A stretch of DNA of 64,000 nucleotides from Lawsonibacter sp. (lineage in GTDB: Bacteria; Bacillota; Clostridia; Oscillospirales; Oscillospiraceae). Both the position numbers and the translations under genes were made by a program. This document shows, in pieces, positions 48,943-58,980 of this stretch. Under the pieces are notes generated by a model. The model did not search any database. It was not told the DNA's origin and worked only from the letters and a program-made list of their open reading frames with translations. Positions within the stretch are counted from its first letter, which is position 1. Every line of letters begins with the position of its first letter. The stretch lies in contig JAAWIE010000004.1 of assembly GCA_022796195.1 (NCBI GenBank), positions 165-64,164 on the forward strand, read 5' to 3'.

Positions 48943-49821
48943 ATGATAACTGCAAACCAACAGGCGCAGCTGAAGGAGTTCGCCACTCGTGTGGCGATGA
49001 TTACGTTGTCCTCCTTCATTATCGCGCTGAACTTTAAAAGTTTTGTGTCTGCGGGCGACCTATTCCCCGGCGGTTTTACAGGTATCACCCGCCTGGTTCA
49101 GCGTTGCTCCTTGGCCTATGCCGGGGTAGAGCTGCCCTTCGCCCCGATCAATTTGGCCTTAAACGCCATTCCCGCCGCAGTCAGCTATAAGCTGGTCGGC
49201 AAGCGGTTTACCCTGTACTCCTGCCTGTCCATCGTGCTTACCAGTATTTTCACAGATCTGATGCCCGCGCTGGACATCACCGAGGATACCCTTCTCATCT
49301 GCATTTTTGGCGGGATTATTAACGGCTTTGCGCTCAGCCTGTGTCTGGGCGTGCGGGTCACTAGCGGCGGCACCGATTTTATCGCCATCGCCCTATCTGA
49401 ACGGAAAAATGTGGACGCCTGGAATTATATTTTCTGCGGCAATGTGGTTCTGCTGGCAATCGCCGGGTATCTGTTCGGCTGGGACAAGGCGCTGTATTCT
49501 ATGCTGTTCCAATATGCCACCACACAGGTCATCAAAACGCTGGACCCGGATGGGCGGCGGGCGACTCTGTTTATCGTAACCGGGCGGGAGAGCGCCGGCG
49601 GCGTCTGCGCCCAGATTCAGGAAACCAACCACACCGCCACCTTGATTGAAGGGGTTGGCCTGTACAACGGCGACCCCTGCGTTATGATCTACTCCGTGGT
49701 GGCCGACAGCGAAGTGCGGTCCCTGGCCCGAAAAATCCGCCACTCTGACCCCAAGGCTTTTGTCAATGTACTGCGCACCGAGCGCGTGGTGGGTAAGTTC
49801 TACCGCCGGCCAAGAGACTAG
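48943..49821 (+). CDS. YitT family membrane protein
   Basis: PGGFTG, NAIP, SGGTDF, C-terminal DPKAFV. Confidence 0.88.
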   Translation: MITANQQAQLKEFATRVAMITLSSFIIALNFKSFVSAGDLFPGGFTGITRLVQRCSLAYAGVELPFAPINLALNAIPAAVSYKLVGKRFTLYSCLSIVLTSIFTDLMPALDITEDTLLICIFGGIINGFALSLCLGVRVTSGGTDFIAIALSERKNVDAWNYIFCGNVVLLAIAGYLFGWDKALYSMLFQYATTQVIKTLDPDGRRATLFIVTGRESAGGVCAQIQETNHTATLIEGVGLYNGDPCVMIYSVVADSEVRSLARKIRHSDPKAFVNVLRTERVVGKFYRRPRD

Positions 49822-49858
49822 CTTTTGCCGCTGAATATGTTTCTAACCGCACTTTAAT

Positions 49859-49891
49859 AAAAACAGCAGGGAAATCATCCCTGCTGTTTTT
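49859..49891. terminator. Bidirectional terminator
   Basis: AAAAACAGCAGGGA-aatca-TCCCTGCTGTTTTT between convergent genes. Confidence 0.88.
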
Positions 49892-49922
49892 CAGCTTATC
49901 AAAGGAAAAGAACGCTTTCCCA

Positions 49923-50744
49923 TTAACGCTGCTTTTTTGCCTCTAAGTAGTCATTCAACTCCGTGTTCAGAACATCTGTGATAAACATATGTCCAGGGGC
50001 ATGTGTGATAACAATCGGAGGCTTGGCATTCTCCACAGCGGCCTGGGGGGTAACGCCGCAAGGCCAAAATACAGTAATCTCGCCGGGATAAATGTCCACC
50101 GCCTCACCATAGTCGGGCTTCATCGCATCGGCCACCCCCACCTCTGCCGGGTCGCCCATGTGGACAGGCGCACCATGCACATTGGGCATTTTCACGGTAA
50201 TATCGTACGCCTTTTTGGCGTTTTCCGGGGACATGGGACGCATAGAGCATACCATAGGTCCCTCAAAAGGTCCCGCTTTCACCGTTTGGATGTTGGTTTT
50301 GTACATCGGCACATTGCGGCCCTGGGCGATATGCCGGACCTCAATCCCCTCCCGAATCAGGGCCTCTTCGAAGGAGAACGAACAGCCGATGAGAAAGCCT
50401 ACATAGCCCTCCTTCCAGTACTCCGAAGCGTCTGGCAGTTCCTTGGTGAACACCCCGTTTTCGTACACCCGGTACCGTGGGATATCGGTGATAATATTTC
50501 CTCCCTCACCCATGTCGTGGGTCTCGGGCGTACCCTTGATTACCTCCAAAATCGGGCAGGGAAAAGGATTCTTTTTGGCGTATTCCTCAAAATCGGCGGC
50601 ATACTCCGGAGGCAAAATAACCAGATTGGCCTGGGCGTAACCCCGGCACATTCCAGCAGTAGGAAAGTCAATTACGCCCTCCCGGATGAGTTTGCGCACC
50701 TCGGACGGCTTCTGATCAATATAGGGGGTAATGTCAAATGCCAT
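49923..50744 (-). CDS. Putative hydro-lyase, DUF1445/YcsI (D-glutamate cyclase family)
   Basis: GYAQANLVILP, NP.PCP, GCSFSFE, VPMY.TN, HGAPVH.GDP, CGVTPQ, THAPGHM. Confidence 0.9.
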   Translation of the reverse strand: MAFDITPYIDQKPSEVRKLIREGVIDFPTAGMCRGYAQANLVILPPEYAADFEEYAKKNPFPCPILEVIKGTPETHDMGEGGNIITDIPRYRVYENGVFTKELPDASEYWKEGYVGFLIGCSFSFEEALIREGIEVRHIAQGRNVPMYKTNIQTVKAGPFEGPMVCSMRPMSPENAKKAYDITVKMPNVHGAPVHMGDPAEVGVADAMKPDYGEAVDIYPGEITVFWPCGVTPQAAVENAKPPIVITHAPGHMFITDVLNTELNDYLEAKKQR

Positions 50745-50791
50745 AGCTGGTACTCCTTCCTTTTCCGCCCCATTGCAGGGCGGCCGTAGGT

Positions 50792-51733
50792 TTAAGCGTT
50801 AATTTTGCTTAGAGCTTTCAAGGCGGCGCGCTGAGCCAACAGAAGGTTTTGGGCAAATTCCACCGGGACCTTTTGAAATTGCACCTTGTCTCCCGCTTTC
50901 AGCTGGGCCAGAATCCGGAAATCGGCGGTAATCACAGCAGCAATCTTGGTATAGCCTCCAGTGGTCTGGCGGTCGCCCAGCATGATAATCGGCGTCCCCG
51001 CCGAAGGTACCTGAATGGCGCCGAACGCAATCCCGTCCGAGATGATGTCGCCGCTCTCTTTGTGCGCAATCACCGGGCCGTCCAAACGGCATCCCATACG
51101 GTCAAACTCCGGGGTAACCGTGTAGGTCCCGGACAAGAAGGTGGAGATTCCGGCATCGGTAAAGGCGTCATCTTGGGGTCCCATAACGACCCGCAAGGTG
51201 TAGACCGGCTTTGGAGCAAACTCGGGGGACAGCTTTCGGTCTTCCATATGCTTGAGCGTGTCCTTTGGGGCCCGGAACCCAATTTTGTCGCCCTTTTCCA
51301 GTTTGCGCCCTTGGTAGCCGCCGATTTTGGCCTTCATATAGGTGGACCGGCTCCCCATAGTCAGCGGGATATCCAGTCCTCCAGCAAATGCGATAAAGGT
51401 CCGGCAGCCCGTCTTGGGAGCGGTAAAGCGGAGAACCTGCCCCGCCTTGACCGCCACAGCCTGATAGTTGGGGATGGGTTTTCCGTCCAGGGCCGGCCCC
51501 AGGTCTCCTCCCGCCAGAGCGATTACATTCGCCCTGTCAAATTGGAGCTGGGGACCCATCATGGTACATTCCAGCACCGCCTCCCCCTGGTCGTTTCCCG
51601 CAATGATGTTAGCCAGCGCGGCAGACCGGGGGTCCATCACCCCGGACACGGACACGCCGAACTGCTGATAGCCCACCCGGCCCATGTCCTGGACCGTGGT
51701 AAGCAGGCCGGGATTCAATACCGTGATGCTCAT
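50792..51733 (-). CDS. pxpC: 5-oxoprolinase subunit C (KipA family)
   Basis: TTVQDMGR, GSRST, DRMG, GAIQVP, QTTGGY. Confidence 0.88.
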   Translation of the reverse strand: MSITVLNPGLLTTVQDMGRVGYQQFGVSVSGVMDPRSAALANIIAGNDQGEAVLECTMMGPQLQFDRANVIALAGGDLGPALDGKPIPNYQAVAVKAGQVLRFTAPKTGCRTFIAFAGGLDIPLTMGSRSTYMKAKIGGYQGRKLEKGDKIGFRAPKDTLKHMEDRKLSPEFAPKPVYTLRVVMGPQDDAFTDAGISTFLSGTYTVTPEFDRMGCRLDGPVIAHKESGDIISDGIAFGAIQVPSAGTPIIMLGDRQTTGGYTKIAAVITADFRILAQLKAGDKVQFQKVPVEFAQNLLLAQRAALKALSKINA

Positions 51734-52470
51734 TTGCCCGTCTCCTTTCTGGGATGACGTTTGCAGACATATTTTCCCGCCGCCTCCTGCGCGGCAATTT
51801 TGTCATACTCCGCCTTTGTTATGGAATAGAACTTGATGTATTGTCCCGCCTGGGGCAGGATTGGGGTTTCCCGGTCGTGGTCATACATGCGCACCGGGGT
51901 ACGGCCGATCAGCTGCCAACCGCCCGGGGAGTCGATGGGATACACGCCAGTCTGGGAACCGGCAATGCCCACCGAACCAGCCGGAATTTTCACACGCGGG
52001 GTCTTGAGGCGGGGCGTGGCGATTGCCTCGCTCATACCGCCCAAGTAGGTAAAGCCAGGGGTAAAGCCCAGCATATAAATGAGATACTCGGTTGAGGTGT
52101 GAATTTTGATTACCTCTTTCTCGGTCTTGCCTGCGTGTTCCGCCACAAATTTCAGGTCGGGGCCCATCTCCTCCCCGCCGTAAAGAACGGGAATTTCCAA
52201 AACCTCGCTGGGCGGAATGGTAATTTGGTCCAGCTGGCCCAGCAGCCCTTTGAGCTGTTCCATCAGGGGGGCGTACCGAATCACCTCTGGATCGTAGTGG
52301 ACCATCAGGGAGCGATAGGTGGGTACAGTCTCCACAATGCCAGAAATTCCACTGTTTTCCAGGGCGATTTTAAAGGCGCGGATCTGGAGGTTGATGGACT
52401 CGCTGATCTCATTGCCAAACTCTACGCAGACAGAGGTATCGCCTGTCAACAAAAATTTTACGTCAGCCAT
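51730..52470 (-). CDS. pxpB: 5-oxoprolinase subunit B (KipI family)
   Basis: VPTYRSL, GFTPGFTYL, GSVGIAG.QTGVYP..SPGGWQLIGRT. Confidence 0.9.
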   Translation of the reverse strand: MADVKFLLTGDTSVCVEFGNEISESINLQIRAFKIALENSGISGIVETVPTYRSLMVHYDPEVIRYAPLMEQLKGLLGQLDQITIPPSEVLEIPVLYGGEEMGPDLKFVAEHAGKTEKEVIKIHTSTEYLIYMLGFTPGFTYLGGMSEAIATPRLKTPRVKIPAGSVGIAGSQTGVYPIDSPGGWQLIGRTPVRMYDHDRETPILPQAGQYIKFYSITKAEYDKIAAQEAAGKYVCKRHPRKETGK

Positions 52471-52537
52471 AGGCGTCTCCTTTCCAGGACAGGCCGGACC
52501 AAACGCCGGCCCGGCCTGTATCATAATATCAGAGGTA

Positions 52538-53803
52538 TCAGCCAAACAGGTCCATGATCTTGGGTACGGACTGAATGCCGGAGTACAGCGCAATCGCCAC
52601 CACAATCACACCCAAAACGATCATCCACATGGGGTGCTTGTAATTTTCGCCCACAATCCGCTTGCTGCGGCAGGCCAGCAGCATCACGCCCAGGGTGATA
52701 GGCAGGATCAGACCATTGAATGCGCCAGCCACGATGAGCAGCTGAGCCGCGTTGCCCACGACAACCATCATCAGCGTGGAGAACGCGATAAAGCCGATGA
52801 CGCACTGCCGTTCATATTTTGCAATCATGGGATGCAGGGTTTTCAGGAAGGAGACCGAAGTAAAGGCCGCGCCCACCACGGAGGACACACCTGCGGAGAA
52901 CAGGCACAGGCCGAACAGCCGGTAGCCCAAATCGCCGGCGGCCAGACGGAACGCCTCTGCGGCGGGGTTGCCGCCCTTGGCAGCGTCGGTAATAATCTGA
53001 GCATTCTCAGCCACCCAGGTGGTGCCCACCGTGCAGGTGCCCAGCACGGCCAGGAACAGGAGAATACGGACCATGCCGGAAGTACCGCACCCCTGAATGA
53101 CACTGCGGCGCACATGACCCACGTTTTCGGCGCCGGAGATGCCTGCATCCAGCAGGCGGTGCGCTCCGGAAAAGGCGATGTAACCGCCGCAGGAGCCGCC
53201 CAGGATGGTGGTCAGGGCGGTGAACATATCGGTTTCCTTGTCAAACAGCTGCCCAAAGCTGCCCAAGCCCTTGGCGACCTCGCCCATAGGGGGCTGGGAC
53301 TTAATGGCCACCGCCAGCACGGTAACCAGAATTACAGTGGCCAGCACAGTAGCGACCTTGTCCATGATGGTCTTGGCATTTTTGTTGACAAAAATCAAGA
53401 TGCCCAAACAGCCGGCAATAACCGCGCCAATCTTCTGATCCAGACCCAGCATGGCGTTGAAGCCCAGCGCCACACCGCCTACGTTGCCCACATTAAAGGC
53501 CAGACCGCCGATTGCCACCAGAATGGCGATGATTACGCCAAGGCCGGGCAGCAGTTTGTTTGCCACATCCTGTGCGCGCATACCGGACACCGAAATCACA
53601 GACCAAATGTTCATCTGTGCGGTGATGTCCATAAGGATAACCAACACGATCACCAGGGCCAGAGAGGCCCCGTGCTTGGCAGTAAAAGTAGAGGTTTGCG
53701 TTAGAAATCCGGGACCGATGGCGGATGTCGCCATCAGAAAAGCGGCTCCGAACAAGACGGAGCGGCTGGGCTTTGCGCCGCTGGCGGCGGGATTGTTACT
53801 CAT
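52538..53803 (-). CDS. NRAMP-like transporter, YcsG family
   Basis: GAAFLMATSAIGPGFLTQT, FNVGNVGG, GAHRLLDAG; within pxp operon. Confidence 0.88.
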   Translation of the reverse strand: MSNNPAASGAKPSRSVLFGAAFLMATSAIGPGFLTQTSTFTAKHGASLALVIVLVILMDITAQMNIWSVISVSGMRAQDVANKLLPGLGVIIAILVAIGGLAFNVGNVGGVALGFNAMLGLDQKIGAVIAGCLGILIFVNKNAKTIMDKVATVLATVILVTVLAVAIKSQPPMGEVAKGLGSFGQLFDKETDMFTALTTILGGSCGGYIAFSGAHRLLDAGISGAENVGHVRRSVIQGCGTSGMVRILLFLAVLGTCTVGTTWVAENAQIITDAAKGGNPAAEAFRLAAGDLGYRLFGLCLFSAGVSSVVGAAFTSVSFLKTLHPMIAKYERQCVIGFIAFSTLMMVVVGNAAQLLIVAGAFNGLILPITLGVMLLACRSKRIVGENYKHPMWMIVLGVIVVAIALYSGIQSVPKIMDLFG

Positions 53804-53892
53804 TGAAGTACCTCCAAATTGTCAGTTTCGCTCTCTTTACTATACACAACTTTTGCAGCGAAATATCTCCCTTTTCATCCTTATCGCCCGTC

Positions 53893-54660
53893 TTACACAA
53901 TATCCGCAATGGGAGCAATGACAACCCCCTCGGCCTCCAGGCGGGCCCGGATGTTTTTGACGAACTCCACTGCGGAGGGGTTGTCGCCATGGACGCAGAT
54001 CGAGTGGGCATCAATGGACACCTCTTCGCCGGTAATTGCGGTCACCTTGCCCTCGGTGACCATACGGATGGTGCGGGCAATGGCCTCATCCTTGTCGTGG
54101 ATCACCGCGCCAGGCTTCGAGCGGGGCACCAGGGAACCATCTGCCTGGTAGGCCCGGTCCGCAAACACCTCGCTGGCTACCCGCAGGCCCACCTGTTTGC
54201 CGGCCTCCAGCATTTTGCTTCCGGCCAGCCCCAGCAGGATTACCTCTTTGTCCACACTGGCAATCCCTTCCGCAATTGCCAGGGCCAGGTCCATGTCCTT
54301 ACCGGCCATGTTGTACAGGGCACCGTGGGGCTTCACATGCTGGAGCTTGACCCCATTTGCGGCAGTAAAGGCCAGCAGAGCACCTACTTGATACTGAATG
54401 TAGGCTTTGGCCTCCTTCGGGGAGCAGACCATATTCCGGCGCCCAAATCCCATCAGGTCAGGGAAGCCGGGATGCGCCCCTACCGCCACACCGGCAGCCT
54501 TGCAGGCGGCCACAGTCTTGTCCATCACCAGAGGGTCTCCGGCGTGGTAGCCGCAGGCCACATTGGCGGATGAGACATGGGCAATTACCGCTTCGTCCAT
54601 ACCGATGGTATATGCGCCGAAGCTCTCGCCCAAATCGCTGTTCAGATCAACTTTGTACAT
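53893..54660 (-). CDS. pxpA: 5-oxoprolinase subunit A (LamB/YcsF)
   Basis: [40 protein letters not shown]. Confidence 0.93.
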   Translation of the reverse strand: MYKVDLNSDLGESFGAYTIGMDEAVIAHVSSANVACGYHAGDPLVMDKTVAACKAAGVAVGAHPGFPDLMGFGRRNMVCSPKEAKAYIQYQVGALLAFTAANGVKLQHVKPHGALYNMAGKDMDLALAIAEGIASVDKEVILLGLAGSKMLEAGKQVGLRVASEVFADRAYQADGSLVPRSKPGAVIHDKDEAIARTIRMVTEGKVTAITGEEVSIDAHSICVHGDNPSAVEFVKNIRARLEAEGVVIAPIADIV

Positions 54661-54858
54661 AAGGGATGCCTCCTTGTTAAGATAGATCGGATTTTTGAGG
54701 GCGGTCGTGTATCAATGCTTCCCAGCCCGGAAAAAATACACCCACACTTTAACATATTACCATGGAAAAAGCAACCCATATTTAATTCCGCTTCGCCCCA
54801 AACATTCCCTTCCAGCCTGCATTTACCACCGGCGTTTTTCATGTATCCGGTTCCGGCT

Positions 54859-55554
54859 TCAAGGACGGGAAACGCGGTCCGCAGGGCCTCCGCCTAGTCC
54901 CATCAGCAGACAGCCGGCCATCAGCAGGCCGCAGGAAACCCATATGGTCCGCAGGCCCATATACCGGGTCAGCACACTGCCCATTCCACCGCCAATTGCA
55001 AACAGCAGAATAATCGCGCCATACTTTCCTGCCTCCAAAAGCTGGGTGCGGTCTCGCCCGCAGAGGGCCGCGCTGAGGTGCGCCATACCGCTGCGCAGAT
55101 TTCCAATGCACATGGTACTGGCATACGCACTCCCCTCCACAGAGCGGAAGCTCTGCACCTGCATCGCACAGGAAAAGGAGGTCAGTGCATTGGCCAGCCA
55201 GTTCCATTCCCCCGGCATCAGCCCCACCATTGCCAGCAGGATCACCTCTCCCGCCAATACCATCTGCCTCCAGTGAATTCTACTGCCCCCAGGATGAAAC
55301 GAGCAGATCACTCCGGCAGCTAAAACGCCCAAGGCAAAGGCCAGAACTGGAATCAAATAACGCAGGCACCCGCCAAAGTTCCCCGAAACCAGTTCGTGGC
55401 TCATCAGGATAATGTTGCCAGTCTGTGCGTTGGCAAACACCCTGTCCCTTACAAAATAGGAATATGCGTCCTGGAGCCCGCCGGATAACGTAAGGGGGAT
55501 CATAACGAGAACAGAGTCTGACATCCGTTCGAATGAATCTTTATTGCATGCCAT
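54859..55554 (-). CDS. YoaK/DUF1275 family membrane protein
   Basis: GGLQDAYSY, FANAQTGN, AMQ, STMCIGNLR; start uncertain. Confidence 0.85.
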   Translation of the reverse strand: MACNKDSFERMSDSVLVMIPLTLSGGLQDAYSYFVRDRVFANAQTGNIILMSHELVSGNFGGCLRYLIPVLAFALGVLAAGVICSFHPGGSRIHWRQMVLAGEVILLAMVGLMPGEWNWLANALTSFSCAMQVQSFRSVEGSAYASTMCIGNLRSGMAHLSAALCGRDRTQLLEAGKYGAIILLFAIGGGMGSVLTRYMGLRTIWVSCGLLMAGCLLMGLGGGPADRVSRP

Positions 55555-55832
55555 AGCGTTTCCTCTCACTGCTTCATATTTTGGACTGGTCATACCCAAT
55601 TTCAGCTCATTATACTGCATGGCAGGCCGGAATTCAACCTCAACGCAGACGGAGAACAGGGCGGCGGCGTTTGCTATTTGCTCCCTGCCGCCGTCCGCTT
55701 CAAGGAAAATAAACGAAGCAGAACCGAAAATTCAGGCGGATTTGAGCAAAACCCACCATTCACTTTTCTGTAATAAAGTGGTATCCTGATAGCAGAATAA
55801 GCCCATTTCTGGGGTGCTTGGAGGGACCGCAA

Positions 55833-56657
55833 ATGAAGATTGGGATTGTTGGTCTAGGGTTGATCGGCGGCTCTATGGCAAAGAGCATCAAAAGCCGCAC
55901 AGGCCACACGGTATACGGAATTGATTTGGATCAGGAAACCATGCTCTTGGCCCGGCTGTGCGGGGCCATCGACGGCCCGCTGGACGAAGACACGCTGCCG
56001 GTCTGCGACCTGGTTCTCTTAGCTGTACGTCCCCAAGCAGCGGTGGACTGGGTGCGGGACCACGGGGCGCAAATCGGCGCAGCCGTTGTGGACCTATGCG
56101 GCGTCAAGCGGACGGTGGTGGAACAGATCACCCCACTGGCCCGCCAACACGGCTTTATCTATGTGGGCGGCCACCCCATGGCGGGCCGGGAGCGAGGCGG
56201 CTTCACCTCCTCCACCGAGGATCTGTATGTAGGCGCCTCTATGATTCTCACCCCGGATGAAACGGTGGACGAGACGTTTCTGGATACTCTGCGGACCTTT
56301 TTTCTGGATTTGGGCTTTGCGAAACTGACCCTCTCCCAGCCAGAGGAACACGACCGCATCATCGCCTTTACCTCTCAGCTGGCCCACATTGTCTCCAGCG
56401 CCTATGTCAAGTCCCCTGAAGCGCAGCGCCGCCGGGGCTTCTCTGCAGGGAGCTTCCGGGATATGACTCGGGTGGCCCGATTGGATGAGGATATGTGGAC
56501 CGAATTGTTTCTGGCTGATGCAGACTTTCTCACTCAAGAACTTGGAATTCTCATTCGCCACCTGGAGGAATACCGCGAAGCCCTGGAGGCGGGCGATGCT
56601 CTGCGGCTCCACAATCTGTTGAAAGAGGGCCGGGAGTGTAAAGCCTCCGCCGGATGA
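55833..56657 (+). CDS. tyrA: Prephenate dehydrogenase
   Basis: GLGLIGGS, GGHPMAG, EHD...A.TSQL.H, SFRDMTRVA. Confidence 0.88.
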   Translation: MKIGIVGLGLIGGSMAKSIKSRTGHTVYGIDLDQETMLLARLCGAIDGPLDEDTLPVCDLVLLAVRPQAAVDWVRDHGAQIGAAVVDLCGVKRTVVEQITPLARQHGFIYVGGHPMAGRERGGFTSSTEDLYVGASMILTPDETVDETFLDTLRTFFLDLGFAKLTLSQPEEHDRIIAFTSQLAHIVSSAYVKSPEAQRRRGFSAGSFRDMTRVARLDEDMWTELFLADADFLTQELGILIRHLEEYREALEAGDALRLHNLLKEGRECKASAG

Positions 56658-56677
56658 AATTAAAATCGGTCGATATT

Positions 56678-56711
56678 AGACGGTACAGTTTTAGGCTGTG
56701 CCGTCTTTTTT
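56678..56711 (+). terminator. tyrA terminator
   Basis: AGACGGTACAG...CTGTGCCGTCT followed by T run. Confidence 0.7.
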
Positions 56712-56801
56712 CCTGTTTCCGGTAGAATTAGCAGAAAGCGCCAAACAAAATGGACCGCTTTTGTAGGAAATCGAAAAGCGAACCGGACCGGAAAATTCTT
56801 C

Positions 56802-56875
56802 TTGACTTTTGGCGGACTTGCCATATAATGTTACTCAAGTATTTTAGTTAAATTTTTTTAGATAAAATACTTGAG
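56802..56875 (+). promoter_or_regulatory. fab operon promoter and downstream inverted repeat
   Basis: TTGACT-N16-TATAAT (56802-56829), then CTCAAGTATTTTA-N16-TAAAATACTTGAG (56834-56875). Confidence 0.65.
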
Positions 56876-56924
56876 ATTCACAGCGGGCGCCGCCCGTCTG
56901 ACTTTGAAAGGATGGTTCAATCAA

Positions 56925-57161
56925 ATGGAAATTACCTTTGAGAATGTACGTGATATTATTGTGGATACTCTGAGCTGCGACGCTGGGGACATCACCCCGG
57001 ACACCAACCTGATCGACGACCTGGAGGCCGACTCCCTGGAAATCGTGGAGCTGTCCATGGCGCTCCAGGAGAAACTGGGCGCCGGGATTGACGATGAGGA
57101 CCTGGAAAAGATTCATACCGTTCAGGATATTCTGGACTACATCAAGAGCAAGCAGGCGTAA
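56925..57161 (+). CDS. acpP: Acyl carrier protein
   Basis: DDLEADSLEIVEL phosphopantetheine motif; acidic 78 aa. Confidence 0.92.
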   Translation: MEITFENVRDIIVDTLSCDAGDITPDTNLIDDLEADSLEIVELSMALQEKLGAGIDDEDLEKIHTVQDILDYIKSKQA

Positions 57162-57179
57162 CGCCAAAGGAGACTGAGT

Positions 57180-57578
57180 ATGGAATTGCAGGAGCTTTAT
57201 GCCCTGATGGACCGCTTCAGCGCCACCGGCCTGACCAGCCTGGAGTGGGAGCAGGATGGAACACGGTTGGCACTAAAAAAGGAGTCTCCCGCCGCTGCTC
57301 CCCTTCCGCCCCCTGTTTCCGCCCCAGAACCAGAACCGGAAGACTTGGTCACCGCCCCCCTGGTAGGCGTATTTTATGCCGCCCCGACCCCGGAGAGCGC
57401 ACCCTATGTCACGCCTGGGGCCCAGGTAAACAAGGGAGACCCGCTCTGCCTGATTGAGGCAATGAAGATGATGAGTGAGGTACCCGCTCCCGCCAGCTGT
57501 GTGGTGGAAGAGGTGCTGGTCCGAAATGGCGAGGCGGTGGGGGTCGGCACTCCCCTGTTCCGTATCCGGAGGGTGTAA
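57180..57578 (+). CDS. accB: Acetyl-CoA carboxylase biotin carboxyl carrier protein
   Basis: APLVGVFY, IEAMKMM. Confidence 0.93.
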   Translation: MELQELYALMDRFSATGLTSLEWEQDGTRLALKKESPAAAPLPPPVSAPEPEPEDLVTAPLVGVFYAAPTPESAPYVTPGAQVNKGDPLCLIEAMKMMSEVPAPASCVVEEVLVRNGEAVGVGTPLFRIRRV

Positions 57579-57582
57579 AACC

Positions 57583-58980
57583 ATGCTGAAACGTGTGTTG
57601 ATCGCAAACCGGGGCGAAATTGCCCTGCGGATCATCCGGGCCTGCCGGGAACTGGACATTGAGACGGTGGCCGTCTGGTCTGAGGCCGACGAAAGTTCGC
57701 TGGCCGCTCAGCTGGCTACCCGCTCTTTGTGTATTGGTCCCGCCCGGGCGGCGGACAGCTATCTGAATCAGGACGCCATCCTCTCCGCCGCCCTGGCCAC
57801 CCACTGCGACGCCATCCACCCCGGATATGGCTTCCTGTCCGAAAATCCGGATTTTGCCGACCGCTGCATCCAATCCGGACTGAAGTATATCGGCCCCTCC
57901 GGAGACGTGATCCGTAAGCTGGGCAGTAAGTCCGCCGCCCGTACGCTGGCACAAAACGCCGGGGTTCCGGTCGTGCCCGGGTCTGACGGTGCGGTTAAAA
58001 ATGTCCGCCAAGCCAAGGCGCTGGCCCAACAGGTGGGCTATCCCGTCCTGTTAAAGGCTTCCGCCGGCGGCGGGGGCCGGGGCATGCGTCAGGCCAGCGG
58101 ACCGGAAGACCTGGAGCGTGCTTTTCAGGAGGCCAGAGCGGAGGCCGTGGCCTGTTTTGGCGACGGGGAACTGTATCTGGAAAAGCTGGTTCTCAGTCCC
58201 CGGCACATCGAGTTTCAAATCATGGCGGATCAGCACGGCCATGTGGTCCACTTGGGCGAGCGGGACTGCTCCATCCAGCGCCGCCGCCAAAAGCTGGTGG
58301 AGGAATCTCCCTCCAAGGCGCTCACCCCCGCTCTGCGGGAGGAGATGGGCCGTGCCGCCAGAACCGCCGCCCAGGCGGCTGGCTATGTGGGGGCGGGAAC
58401 GGTGGAATTCGTCTTGTCGCCTGACGGCCAGTTCTACTTTATTGAGATGAACACCCGGATTCAGGTAGAACATCCGGTGACTGAACTAGTCACCGGGGTG
58501 GACCTAGTCAAGGAACAGCTCCGGGTGGCCTCCGGCCTGCCCCTGTCCTTCACTCAGGATGCTCTGAAGGTCTCCGGCCACGCCATCGAGTGCCGGATCA
58601 ACGCGGAGGACCCGGAACGGGATTTTTTGCCCTGTCCTGGGACCACCACGTTTCTCCATCTCCCCGGCGGGCCGGGGGTACGGGTGGACACCGCTCTATA
58701 CACCGGCTATGAGGTGCCCCCCTACTATGACTCTCTTGCGGCCAAGGTGCTGGTTCACGCCCCCACCCGACTGGAGGCCATCCGCCGGATGCGCCGCGCC
58801 CTAGAAGAACTGATTATCGAAGGCTACCCCACCAACGCCTCTTTGGCCCACCTGATTATGCACGACCCCGAGTTTGTCCGGGGACAGTACGACACCAGTT
58901 TTCTGGACAAAAATCTGGACCGCCTGCTGGAACTAGCCCGGACCTGCGACCGCCTGATGGATGAGGAGGAGACACCGTGA
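57583..58980 (+). CDS. accC: Biotin carboxylase
   Basis: IANRGEIA, HPGYGFLSEN, GGGGRGM, EMNTRIQVEH. Confidence 0.96.
   Translation: MLKRVLIANRGEIALRIIRACRELDIETVAVWSEADESSLAAQLATRSLCIGPARAADSYLNQDAILSAALATHCDAIHPGYGFLSENPDFADRCIQSGLKYIGPSGDVIRKLGSKSAARTLAQNAGVPVVPGSDGAVKNVRQAKALAQQVGYPVLLKASAGGGGRGMRQASGPEDLERAFQEARAEAVACFGDGELYLEKLVLSPRHIEFQIMADQHGHVVHLGERDCSIQRRRQKLVEESPSKALTPALREEMGRAARTAAQAAGYVGAGTVEFVLSPDGQFYFIEMNTRIQVEHPVTELVTGVDLVKEQLRVASGLPLSFTQDALKVSGHAIECRINAEDPERDFLPCPGTTTFLHLPGGPGVRVDTALYTGYEVPPYYDSLAAKVLVHAPTRLEAIRRMRRALEELIIEGYPTNASLAHLIMHDPEFVRGQYDTSFLDKNLDRLLELARTCDRLMDEEETP

Noticed and set aside
31317-53704. Other long opposite-strand ORFs (31317-32552, 37470-38675, 46694-47863, 52319-53704)
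   Set aside because: All lie opposite well-supported genes and lack motifs or RBS
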